Assembly: GCF_004010195.1 (NCBI RefSeq)
Contig: NC_057753.1
Coordinates: forward strand, 12,576,415 to 12,640,414
Direction of reading: 5' to 3'
DNA: 64,000 nucleotides
Source of the DNA: Chiloscyllium plagiosum
Lineage: Eukaryota
Below, in pieces: positions 37,180 through 48,808 of this stretch; within the stretch, counting starts at the first letter, position 1, and each line of letters opens with the position of its first letter. The translations under genes and the position numbers were made by a program. The notes under the pieces are model-generated. The model made no database searches, had not been told where the DNA came from, and worked only from the letters and a program-made list of their open reading frames with translations.

Positions 37180-39517
37180 TCATTTAACATTAGTGACAGT
37201 CGTGAAGGGACACATACGCTTTGTCATCTCTTCTCGAAATTTGTTCTGGGACATTGCATAAATGAAGACATTGTTGCAGGATCTACGTATCTGAGGCAAG
37301 TTGGTCGTTTCTTAAAGAATAATATCAGGGTCACTGAAATCCAGGCCATTGAAGGATACTTCACTTAACAGTTGCACATAAAGATAATAGCTGCACCAAA
37401 GGAGGAGGAAACTGAACGAAACGCCAAAAAGCAACAGAATGAATGTCTTGCGATTGGCCATCTCTGGTTCTACATCATAGACCTGCCAGAAAGACGAAGT
37501 ATTGGTATAATGTCACAGAAGCAGGTCACCCTATCCACAATGTACCGTGACGGAGGGACTAAGTAGACAAAGACGTTCTTAACACAGCTCAGATAACAGA
37601 TCATTCCTATTACCAGCGTTGAAGTTTTCAAGTTGCAGTATCTGATCTTCAGATTCCGACAGCTGATGACCACAAAACAATCGATGGTGAAAGCCACTGT
37701 CAATCAGACAGAGCTACCTCGCGGAGCATTGTCCACATCACTGGTGATTGTTCACCCAGGGGTGGTAGATAGGGCACTGTTTCTGAAGTAGATACCACCA
37801 ATACGGTTGAGGACACTGCCAGCCACAATGACAGGTTGGTTAGCCATTATGATTCCCACCAGATAAAAGGTGACGCAGAGAGAGTGCCTAATTTGCCTTT
37901 GGCACAAGGCAATGATCACCAACAAGTTTGCTATAAGGACAGTGGAGACAAATATGTTACAGAATGAATCCCAAACTCCAGTCAATTATCCTCCCTATTT
38001 TGTTACTGAAAATGCTATCTCTCCACCTTCATCCATCCTTTTACTCAATCCTGATACCAACTGTTACCAAGCAGTTGGTTTTTCTTCAAGATTCAGTCAT
38101 GAATTAAACATTTGTACATATAGTAGCCACTCCAGTCAGCCCATGTGCAAACACCATTCTCTTTCCATTGAATCAAATCTTTCCGAAGCTCATCACTTTA
38201 ATCATACGCATACTTTTGTTTTCCGATCAAAGTCTATATTGATACTATCATCATTTCTTTCAAGGCAATGCATTTGTCTCCGGTCTGGCAATGCAGGATT
38301 TTAATAATGTAAACATTTTAATTTTCAATTAGCTCCATAGGCTCTCTCTTCACATCCCAGAAGTCTCAATTTATCCGTAATACTGCAATATCGTGTTTTA
38401 ATTCTTCTAATCAATCTGTCAGTGGTTATCTCGTGATCTACCGACGTGGTAACCTCTGGAAGCCACCTCCAAAGCCAGCCTCAATGTTCATATTTCTCTT
38501 TCTTTCTTTAGTTTGCACCTCACAATCAAACTTGATGTTCACGAATGTGCCAGCATGTAAAACCTGATTCTTTATCACCCTCCAAACCAATGGTTTGCTA
38601 GGCTATTTCAAACAGCAGTTAATCATCAGTCCGATTGCTGCCTGTCTCCTGCCACATACAGACCAGTGCAGGTAACAACAGTGACCTTCGTTTTCTGAAG
38701 TGCATTCGTAAACAAAATGGTATTTACGAAATTCCTCACTGATTATATGGCCATCATTAGATTTTTTTTTAAAATGCCACATTCCTTTATGAAATTCAAA
38801 TGAGCTCAAATATTTCCTAATGACAACAACAGAACCCATAACAAATTAAAATCTCGTTATTTTTAGACAAATCCACAAAAAACTTTATACGATACGATAC
38901 TAATAATGACACAACAAAGTTGAAACATATTAGCTTCTAATCACTATATTCCTCCACCAGTAAAAACTGCTGTGATTATTGCATGTACACTTATCTTGCA
39001 GTTCATCTACTACAACAATTGCTTCTCATAATATATTGTGATTCGTGTTTAACGACCCTAAGATAGTAAGTTTTCTACCTGGTATGTTACCACATGGATT
39101 TTAACGTGTTTTTTTTTAACGTTTATACCTTTTAATATTCATGTAAAGCTGGGTATACCAACTTAGATTTTAATTAAGTACCAAATGGAATTTCTATAAA
39201 TTGATTACGAAACATTAGTTAATAGCTTGAATTGTACCACAATGAAATTGCAATTTATATGCACATTTTAGCATAAAACCTGTGCTAAATGTACGTAAAG
39301 CACCTGTGCATGCTATAGCCACGTGCGAGCCCCGAACTTGCAAAGAGTACTGAAAATTACGCAATAATACAGCGCAACACAAAATGTAAGATACGACACG
39401 TTTGGTGATTTACAGGTATAAACGATAACATTTCGGGGATTAAACGCTTAGAAAGGGCGCCAATCAAAGGGATAAGTGTATAATGACAAAGAACGGGGCA
39501 ATGACTGGCTCATTCAT
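37180..39517 (-). pseudogene. GPR139-like pseudogene C (decayed exon 1 at 39452-39517, exon 2 at 37180-37930)
   Basis: Exon 2 starts after TCCTTATAG and reads NLLVII...LNRIGGIYFRNSALSTTPG*, LTVAFTIDCF, SCNNVFIYAMSQNKFREE. Stops at 37752, 37704 and 37312, a frameshift, and loss of TM5. The exon 1 relic ATG AAT GAG CCA GTC ATT GCC CCG TTC TTT aligns to gene B exon 1 with a 4-nt deletion and donor GT changed to CT. Confidence 0.85.
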
Positions 39518-39939
39518 CGTCTTTAAGAAGTTAAGAAATTTCCCAAATCTATACATGCAATCTCTACGAAACATTCAGATCTTCCCACATTTATTTTGAG
39601 CAAGAGTCTACAAAGGGACGAATCATGAACAGCAAGCACCTCAGTTACAGTTAGGTGAACAACCAAATTAACTAATGATTCCATGTCTTCCATTTGCAAC
39701 AACAAAAATGTTGAATATCTCATTTCACTTTTTTGACAAATGACTGAGTTGAACTCTGCCGTCCCACGTCGCCAGTTACCATGCTTTTGAAAGTGCCACT
39801 GATTGAGTATGCTGACTCCTGATTGTGTCGTTATTAAAAATTGTATCCTTCCTCATTCCCATTTCACACGCATAAAGAGAATTTAATTGCCAGATTAGTG
39901 TACGTATTACTTTTTATTGTGAAGTATTTTAATCGTTCA

Positions 39940-40735
39940 TGGTTTAATTGAACCAATGCCTCCCTAAATTCCATACGCTAGACCGCCACTCTATGGCTGT
40001 TGAACCAGTTTGTTCCTGCCACACTGAGTTCGTTTCCTCCTACCTTGACTCCATCCTCGCTCACGTTTTTGGACCCTGACAACCGACATAACTGATTCCC
40101 TGATGCCCTCCGCCTTATTGTCCATTTCAACTTCCCAGCCCTCATTGCCGTTTGTTCACTGTGGATCTCCAATCCCTCTACACCTCCATTCCCGACGAGG
40201 ATGAACTGAGAGCTCACAGCTTCTTACTCCTCCGGCAGCCTCAACAATCCCCGTCCACCATCACTCTCCTCCGCTTGGCACTCCATGGTCTCTTACTGGC
40301 ATGGCTTCCTTCCTTCATAACGGTGGTTTCCTGCCTACTGTGCTTGGCAGGGGCATAATTGTACCCTACCTTGTTCTCAGGTTTCATGGCATAAGTGTCC
40401 GCATTCAATGAATCATTCTCCGTTATTTCAGACAACTGCAGCTGAACTTCCCACCAAACGCTTCTATCGTTCAATTTCCCTGTCTGCATTTGGCAAGGAT
40501 TTTTTTTTCTTTCCTGGACACCTGAGCCCATTCCTCGATCACCAATACCAACCCACTTCCCATGTAACCGCAAAAAAGTGCAATACCTTTCCCTTCACCT
40601 CTTCCCTGCTCAACATGCAAGGGCCTAAAGAGTCCTTCCAGTTGAAGCATGATTTCACCAGTACCTCCTCAAATCTTTTGTATTGTATTCACTGCATCGA
40701 GTGTGCCCTACGTTGCATTCAAGAAAGCAAGCAAG
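39940..40735 (+). mobile_element. Internally deleted Penelope-like element (RT and GIY-YIG remnants)
   Basis: FTVDLQSLYTSIP (PLE RT motif) and KCNTFPFTS...QGPKESFQLKHDFTSTSSNLLYCIHCIEC, homologous to the ORF at 27086. Confidence 0.8.
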
Positions 40736-41119
40736 ACTTGGCCTGGCGTAAAGCGACGGGCAGACCAGGAAAGAACAGAGATTTCTTCCCCTTGCGGACA
40801 TTATTAAACCATATGTGTCTTTTTTTATGAACAGAAAACAGTGTTGTTTTGGCCATGATTCGATTAAATCTTGTTTTTCCCCAAATTCAGTTTCCGCCAT
40901 TTGCCATTTGAAACCACCTTTCTGAAATATTACTAATCCAGTAGCATTATCGCTACATACACAACATTTCCTAAATTGTATGATATATTGTGATGCAATT
41001 CAAGCACTGCACGAAGTATACCAACCTGTGTCATTGAATAAATAAATGCGTAACAGTTCCACTGTTCCACAGTCATTGCATTTCCTTGTACTTCAATTAC
41101 ACCTGAACATGTCATTTTT

Positions 41120-41458
41120 AGTCATATAAAACATAGAATACCGTGAGTGTGGAAAGAGGCCACTTGTCCAAACAAGTCCACAGCGACACTACAAAGAGTA
41201 GTCCACCCAGGCCCATTCCCCTTTTCTATATTTCCGTTGACTAATGCACCCAAACAAAATACCTCTGACCACTATGGGCAAATTAATATAGCCAATTCAC
41301 CGAAGCTGGACAAGTGTAACTGTGGGAGGAAACCGGACTACCTGGAGGAAACCCACGCAGATACGGGGGTAACCTGAAAACACCGCGCAGACAGTAGATC
41401 GAGGGTAGCATCGAACCCAGGTGAAGCAGCAGTGCGAACCACTGTGCTACCGTGCCAC
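41120..41458 (-). mobile_element. HE1-type SINE
   Basis: Reverse complement of the V-domain (TGTGGGAGGAAACCGGA..ACCTGGAGGAAACCCACGCAGA) and of the head (AACCACTGTGCTACCGTGCC). Confidence 0.8.
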
Positions 41459-42314
41459 AGTGCTGTGTTTACGCTTCTTCTACGGACTCAAAAGTTTCTC
41501 GTGGTCTCATGAAACCATAACTAGGTAAATAGTTTACTGTTAACTTGATGTGTTATGTATTTATAATTACAGAACATGATCATGGAATTCCATTTAACAC
41601 GATTATAAATGATCTTCAGAAAATATCGCCTGCACTGCAGATACCTTGGGTCATCCTTATGTGGTAAATCCATTTGTTCATAACCATACAAGAGGCAGAG
41701 TTGAGACAGTAACCAAACCAAGGACCGATTGTTGAATGAACGTGGAAGTTAGATGCATGCCTCTATATTTTAACCAAATATGCCTTTATGATGTATCGAT
41801 TCAATGCCAGTTTGAATTTCCCATTTACTTCACCTCCACCCCCTGCCCCCCCCCCAGTAAGGCAGCAAATTTTATTCCAACATTGATTCGTTTCAGAGCA
41901 AAGGACTTGTCATATTCATGGGCATTCTGTTACATTCAAACGTTAGTCAAGAGTCTTCTGCTGTGGCAATTGTGGAATTAATATCTATCCACATCTTGCA
42001 AAGTGCTTATGTTTTTGCTTGTGTATTCCATTCCATCGAAGTGATTCAGAAGGCAAATATAAGCCTCATTCCCGTTCAAAGAGGTTAAATTTCCAACAGT
42101 GTCATACTCCTGCGCAGGCTATCGGAATTGTATTGTAGGGTAAGGGGCTGAATTGTAGAGTTTATATCTTTGAACTGAGATTTGACACTTCCACTTGATA
42201 ACACGTATGAGCGAGATTAATTTTAGGCGAGCCACCCGGATCAAGAACAATCAGTATAAAGAAGGAGAGAACAATTTAGTTTCCATAGAGGAACGTGAAT
42301 ATGTTATTTGTTTC

Positions 42315-43200
42315 TCAACGTTTGATGGAAGGAATGACGGTGATATTAGGATTGAATACTAGTTTTCTTGACTCCACTCTGAACGTTTTCTTGGTCACCA
42401 AATAAACATTATTGCAGGAGGACATTTGTATTGGGATGATATTCGTCTTCTTTGAAAGGATTTACTGCATATCATTGAAATGCAGTCCACTTATGTAGGG
42501 CTCACCCAGAATCCGTACGTCGAGATAATGTCCAGCATAAGTTCTCCATAGAATGAGGAAGCTGAGAAAGAAAGTGAAACGCCGAGCAGTTGATCCCTTG
42601 CAGTTGGAAATCACCGGGTCTTTGTGGTTATCATCACAACGAGGCCTCCTCCGGGCTTCGCTGGCTGCAAAGACGATCGCAGCATTGGAAGGCAGAATGA
42701 GCAGTAATGGCAGAAATGGTTTAAAGATGTGGTTCAGTTGTGGTAGCTCTGCCAGGCGGGAGACGTGTAAAACAATTGACCTGACGCTAGAGATTCGAGG
42801 CATGCTATCCAGCATGTTCAAGAACCTGGAAGTCAAGTAAGACAGAGATTCTTGATGCATTTCAGTAGATAAGCTATTCATTTGGCAAGCAACGCAGTTT
42901 TCACCGTGCAGTATCTATTCTTCAGGTTATGGCAGCAAATGGCCACGTAACGGTCAACAGTCAAGGCCACTATCAGCCAAATTGAACAATTCCATATGGC
43001 GATGACAAGGACAGTTTTGACCTATACAAGGAAATGATGAGCAAAAAGCTTTCAGAAAAATAGATATCTCTAATACCGTGGATAATGACAACAGTGATGT
43101 TGACATAGAAATCAATTACAGTATCGTCATTAGAGAGTAGTTGATGCACCGGTAGAGTTAACATCGTCCCACTGATAGTTTCATAATTGTTAACAAGCTG
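42315..43200 (-). pseudogene. GPR139-like pseudogene D (exon 2 relic, many frameshifts and stops)
   Basis: Recognisable segments SIWLIVALTVDRYVAICCHNLKNRYCTVKTA, LNHIFKPFLPLLLILPSNA, AASEARRR, SFLILWRTY, EPYISGLHFND and SSCNNV. No exon 1 found. Confidence 0.85.
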
Positions 43201-43929
43201 CTTGTAGGAAAAAAGACGATCTTTCCAGAGCGGTCATCAAACACCAAATATTTCCTCATTGAAAATAGATTAAAACACGCAAATCTTATACTTTCAAACG
43301 TCCTAACTCTGATTTTTCTTAGGATAAACAAAATTTGTCAGTGTTCACTTGTGCATTAAACAATTGCCATGGAGTCACTGCAATCAGTCACTGCCTCAAA
43401 CTCTGCTCGTTGGCCACTGAGAGCATTCCATGCCTAACTATTGCATGTAACCCCATCATCAGCAAATTGTGGTCTATCCTATTTTCGAACCAAGATTCAA
43501 TTAGCAACAAAACCCTTTGCTAACTGACCTGCATTTACTCGTCATCTGATAAGCTCTGAGTTTCTATAACCAATATCCAAGTACCTAAATAGTGGTGACA
43601 TTCCTGCCCTAATTCATTTTTCAGTGATAACGGTTTTTTGGCGAATCTACAATTGCATTATTTTGATTTTCATTGAAATTAAATGCTCCATCGATGGCGG
43701 TTACGCACTTAGGTTTCAAGACCTTGATCTCTGGAACTTCGGACTTCTAGCAGTGAGAATGTCTTCTTTCCTTAAGATGTCCCTGTAATTCTAATTATTT
43801 GATCAAAAATTGAGTCAAATATATCCTGATGTTGAATCTCGCTTGTTATCAGATATCTTGGTAATGCTGCTGTGAAGCTTCTCCGCAATTTCAATCCGAT
43901 GATTGAAGAACAAGGTCGAACTTTATCGT

Positions 43930-44400
43930 CACATGTGGAATATAGAAATGAGCAAAACACTGCGACTTTCTTGGAGACAACCTGACTTATGAATTAGGGA
44001 CAGAAGTAAACGATTCTGTCTTTCAATCATATTCCACGATTTTAGAAGAACAGTGCTGATCAGTTCGTGTTTCAAATTCCTCATCTCTGTCGATCTACAA
44101 TAACGTTCGATTCCCTTGTCTAGCAACACTCGTTCAGCCTCTGACTTAAAATAATACTAAATGGCGTGCATTCACGTAGTTCTAACGCAGCTTTCCGACT
44201 TCGTACAACTATCTGCGATGAAAAAAAAGGCTCATTTTGTGTATCCTCAAAGGGAATGCCGAATTTGGAAAAAATGTGATCACTCATTTTGGGTTGGGAA
44301 CCATGAGAAATTATCACTTCCAACTTAACACTTCCAACTTGCCAAGATTATTCAGGATCTTATAGGCTTCAATCATAGCACTTCTCACTCTTCTGAACAC
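43930..44400 (-). mobile_element. Old CR1 3' fragment
   Basis: Degenerate ORF2 C-terminus (FFSSQIVVR...DKGIERY) on the minus strand. Confidence 0.45.
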
Positions 44401-45208
44401 TGCAATTCATGCATAAGAAATACAACTACTCAAATGTAACAAAACCTATGAATCGAAACGAAAGTGCAATACAGATTAAAATTCTTATATATTCATTCAA
44501 ATCTTTCAAGCTTTTCTGCAATTAATTGTTATGGTCTTATTGATTATGGGTAGAATTCACTCGGGACTAACTATACTGCAATTACCAGCAAAGGCATTCC
44601 TCTAATGGATGTGTTTTTCCTTCATTTTACAATAAATATAAGGTTAATTATGGACCATATTAAGTTATTCTTCAGCATTATCATAATAACAGTGCAATAA
44701 ATCATTTGTAATAAACTATGGTAAGCTATAATGCAACGCAGCACAAAAAGAAGCAATATATGTTTTACTACGTAAGAATAGAACCGAGATTTTGTGTTCA
44801 GCTGCTGCCTTGCACAAAAATAAACACGAGCCCGAGCAACTCGTGCATGGCGGATGGGTTCACATTGTTAGTTCATTGGAATCACTTTTGGGGTAGAAGC
44901 GACCTGCACAAGAATAATCGATTGCACTTGAATTTAAATAGGATAATATACTGACAGGGATATTTGCTAGAGCTCCAATACGTTGGAGGGGGTGTGGGCG
45001 TACCAGCGAGATTGTGAGGAAAGAGATAAAACGGAGACTAGTGCAGCCAGGGGCAAGAACGTGTCAAACAGTTGGGGCAGGCAGGGACAGAGCAGAGATC
45101 AAGGCTGGAGCTGATAAATTAAATTGTTTATATTTCAGTGCAAGAGAACTAACAAGGAAGTCAGATGAATGTACGTCATGGTTCGGAACATGGGAAAGGG
45201 ACATCATA

Positions 45209-45660
45209 GCTAAAAATGTGTTGCTGGAAAAGCGCAGCAGGCCAGGCAGCATCCAAGGAACAGGAGAATCGACGTTTCTGGCATAAGCCCTTCTTCATAA
45301 TGAGGAAAGTGTGCCCAGCAGGCTAAGATAAAAGGTAGGGAGGAAGTACTTGGGGGAGAGGCGTTGGAAATGTGATAGGTGGAAGGAGGTCAAGGTGAGG
45401 GTGATATGCCGGAGTGGGGTGGGGGCGGAGAGGTCAGGAAGAAGATTGCAGGTTAGGAAGGCGGTGCTGAGTTCGAGGGATTTGACTGAGACAGGCGGGG
45501 CTCAAGGGCGGAGGAGCGGGAAGTGGAAGAGATGCGGTGGAGGGCATCGTCGACCACGTCAGGGGGGGAAATTGCGGTCCTTGAAGAAGGAGGCCATCTG
45601 GGTTGTATGGATTTGGAACTGGTCCTCCTGGGAGCAGATGCGGCGGAGACCGAGGAATTG
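45209..45660 (-). mobile_element. Penelope fragment with about 17-bp target-site duplication, nested in CR1
   Basis: Near-identical to 26745-27030. GGGAAAGGGA(C/T)ATCATA at 45192-45208 and 45661-45677. Confidence 0.85.
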
Positions 45661-47476
45661 GGGAAAGGGATATCATACCAATTACAGAAACGTGATCCAG
45701 GGATGAACAGGACTAGCAGATTAATGCTCCAGGACATAATGCTATGAGTAGGTGAGAGAGAGGGGCAAGAGAGGAGGGGGGAGTGGTGTTTTCGATAAGG
45801 AATAGAATGTCAGCTGTACTTACGGAAGATATTCCTGGAAATACATCCAGGGAACATTATTGAGTATAATTGAGAAATAAGAAGGGATGGTCACTTTATC
45901 TGGATGGTGTTGTGGACCCCCCCCCCCCCCTCCACCCAAGAGTCAGCGGGAAATTGAGAAGCAAGTTTGGAAAAAGATGTGTGTAAAAATAAAAGGCTGG
46001 ATATGGTAGAGGAATTTAACCTTCCAAATATAGAACGTGACAGCCATAGTGTTAAGAGTTTCGATGGAAATACATTTCTTCAGTGTGTAAAAGATATTTT
46101 TCGAATGTAATATGTGAATGTATCTACGAGTGAAAGCGGAAAACCTGACCTACACTTGGGAAATAATTCAAGGCAGTTGACTGACGCATCCATGGGAAAA
46201 TATTTTGGGGCCAGTGACCATAATTCGTTTCGTTTTAAAATAGTGTTAGAAAGAGATAGACTGGATCTAAAAGTTGTAGTTCTAAATTAGAGGAAGGCTG
46301 TTTGATGATATTTGGCAAGAACCTTCAGAAGCTGACTGGGGGCAGGTGTTCACAGGTAAAGGGATGGCTGGAAAATGGGAAATTGAAAATAAGATAACGG
46401 GAGTCCACAGACAGTATATCCATGTTAGGGTGTAAGGAAAGGTTGGTAGGTGTAGAGAACTTTGGATGACCAGACAAATTAAGGTTTTGGTTCCGAAAAA
46501 CAAAGACACATATGTCAGATATAGACAGAAGAGGTACAGAAATTCCATTGAGGAGTATCAAGGCAGTAAGCGTATACTTTAAAGGGAAGATGGGAGAGTA
46601 AAAAAGGCGAATAGGGTTAAGGATAATCAAAAAGGTTTTTATAAATATATTGAAGTCAAATCGGAAACTAGGGAGAGAATATGGCCACTCAAAGATCAGC
46701 AGTGCAACATATGGATGGAGCTGCAGAAGATGGGATCGATGCTAAATGAGTATTTTGCATCAGTGCTTACTTTGAAGAAGGACATGGAAGACATAAAATG
46801 TGGGGCAATCGATGTTAACATCTTGAAAAATGTCCATATTACAAGGAGGACGCACTGGATGTCGTGGAGCACATAAACGTGGGAAAATCCCCAGAACCTG
46901 ATCAGGTGTGCCTTGGCAGTCTGTAGGAAACTGGAGAGGTTATTACTGGACTCCTTGCTGAGATATTTCTCTAATCTATAGTCACAGGTAAGATGCCAGA
47001 AGACTGGAGGTTGGCTAACGTGATATCACTATTTCAGAAAAGTGGAAAACAAAAGCCAGGGAACTCTCGACTGGTGAGCCTGCCATTGGTGGTGTTAAAG
47101 TTCTTGAACGGAATCCTGAGGAACAGGTTTTCCACGTATTTGGAAAAGCAAGGACTGATTATGGTTAGTTATCAAGGCTTTGTGTGTGGAAAATCATGTC
47201 TCACGAACTTGATTAAATTTTTGAAGAAGTATCAAAGAGGATTAATGAGAGCAGAACGGTTTCCCCACAGAAGCGGTTGTAAAGGTTAGCTCTCATGCAA
47301 TGCAGGGAGAACAACCCTTTCGATATGGATCTGGCTCGGTGGTGGAAGATAGATGGTAGTGGTGGAGAATTGCTTTTCAGACTGGAGGCCTGTGACTAGT
47401 GTAGTGCTACAAGGATCGGGTTCACTACTTTTCATCATTTACCAAAATGATTTAAATGTGAACATAAGAGATACAG

Positions 47477-47692
47477 AGTTAAAAATTACACAATGCCATG
47501 TTATAGGCCAAGAGGTTTATTTGTAAGAACTAGCTTTCGAAACACTGCTTGTTCATCAGATGTTTGTGACAACCACCTGATGAAGGAGCTGAACTTTGAA
47601 AGCTAGTGGTTCCAAGTAAACCTGTTGGACTATAACCTGGTATTACATGATTTCTAACATTGTACACCCCAGTCCAACACCGGCTCCTCCAA
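47477..47692. mobile_element. Short palindromic Penelope-derived element nested in the CR1 RT
   Basis: Hairpin centred near 47567 (TAGCTTTC...TTCATCAG / CTGATGAA...GAAAGCTA). It interrupts the CR1 frame between NDLNVNI and SKFAEDTKI. Confidence 0.7.
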
Positions 47693-48802
47693 TTCATAGG
47701 CAGTATACTTAGCAAGTTCGCAGAGGACACCAAAATTCCAGATGTAATGTTCAGCAAAAAGGTTTACCTCAGATTAAAACAATATCATGATCTGATGGGC
47801 CATGGGCTGAGGAGTGGTAGATGGAGTGTAATTTAGGTGAATGCGAGGTGCTGCATTTTGGAAAAGCAAACAATAGCAGGACTTATACACTTAATGATAA
47901 GATTCGAGGGAGTGTTGGTGAGCAACGAGACCTTAGACTTCATGTTAATGTCTACTTAAAAATAGAACCACAAGTGAACAGGATAGTGTAGAAGCCGCTT
48001 GGTATCTTTTCCTTCTTTAGTCAGAATATTGAGTATTGGAGTTGCGAGGTCATGTTGCGGCTGTGCAGGACATTGGTTAGGCCAGTTTTGGAATATTGCG
48101 TGCAATTCTGTTCTATTTCTTATCGGAAGAATGTTGTGAACCTTGACAGTGTTCAGAAAAGATTTACAAATATGTTGCCAGATTTCGAGGAGTTGGGCAA
48201 GACAGAGAGCCTGACCAGGCTGTTTCCCCTGGAAGTTTATAGAAGTTTATAAAAACTTGAGGGGCATGAGTAGGGTAAATGGAGAAAGTGTTTTCTCTCG
48301 TAGGGGAATGTAGAACTCAATGGCGTAGTTTCATGGTGAGCAGTGAAAGATATAAAACAGACCTAAGGGGCAACATTTTCACACAGAGGATGGTGCGTGT
48401 ATGGAAGGAGCTGCCTGAGGAAGTCGTGGAGACTCGTATATTTGCAGAATTTAAAATGCATCAGAATGGGTATATGAATAGGAAGATTATAGAGGGATAT
48501 GGGCCAAGTGATGGCAAATGGGACTAGATTAGATTAGGGATATCTGGGTCAGTATGGACGAGTTGGACTGGGGTCTGTTTCCGTACTGTACGTCTGTATG
48601 ACTGCATGACTGTATAATTAGGAGAGTTCTACAATCTCTGGCGATGTCATGTTGGAACAATATTTTAACCTATGGTAAACAATCTATTCCATCTGCTCAG
48701 AAACATCCATCGAACAGCAGCTGCACTGCTCTATTCATATTCAATGAATACAACTACAGTAAAAAAAACATCTAATTATCTCCCTGCAGACTTTCCACCC
48801 GA

Positions 48803-48808
48803 TATAAA
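48803..48808 (+). promoter_or_regulatory. Putative TATA box of gene E
   Basis: TATAAA about 50 nt upstream of the ATG at 48859. Confidence 0.45.

Larger units (their letters stand above)
44815..48612 (+). mobile_element. Near full-length CR1 LINE with two nested Penelope-derived insertions
   Basis: ORF1 esterase end GF..HW..FWGRSDL..N.LHLN; ORF2 LNCLYFSAR...WERDII, PEDWRLANV..LF.K, KSCLTNLI, SKFAEDTKI, LVRPVLEYCVQF; TATGACT-type tail. Confidence 0.9.

Noticed and set aside
44790..44848. Minus-strand MHELLGLVFIF resembling exon 1 of pseudogene D
   Set aside because: Better explained as the antisense of the CR1 ORF1 esterase segment; it has no GVP end or splice donor.
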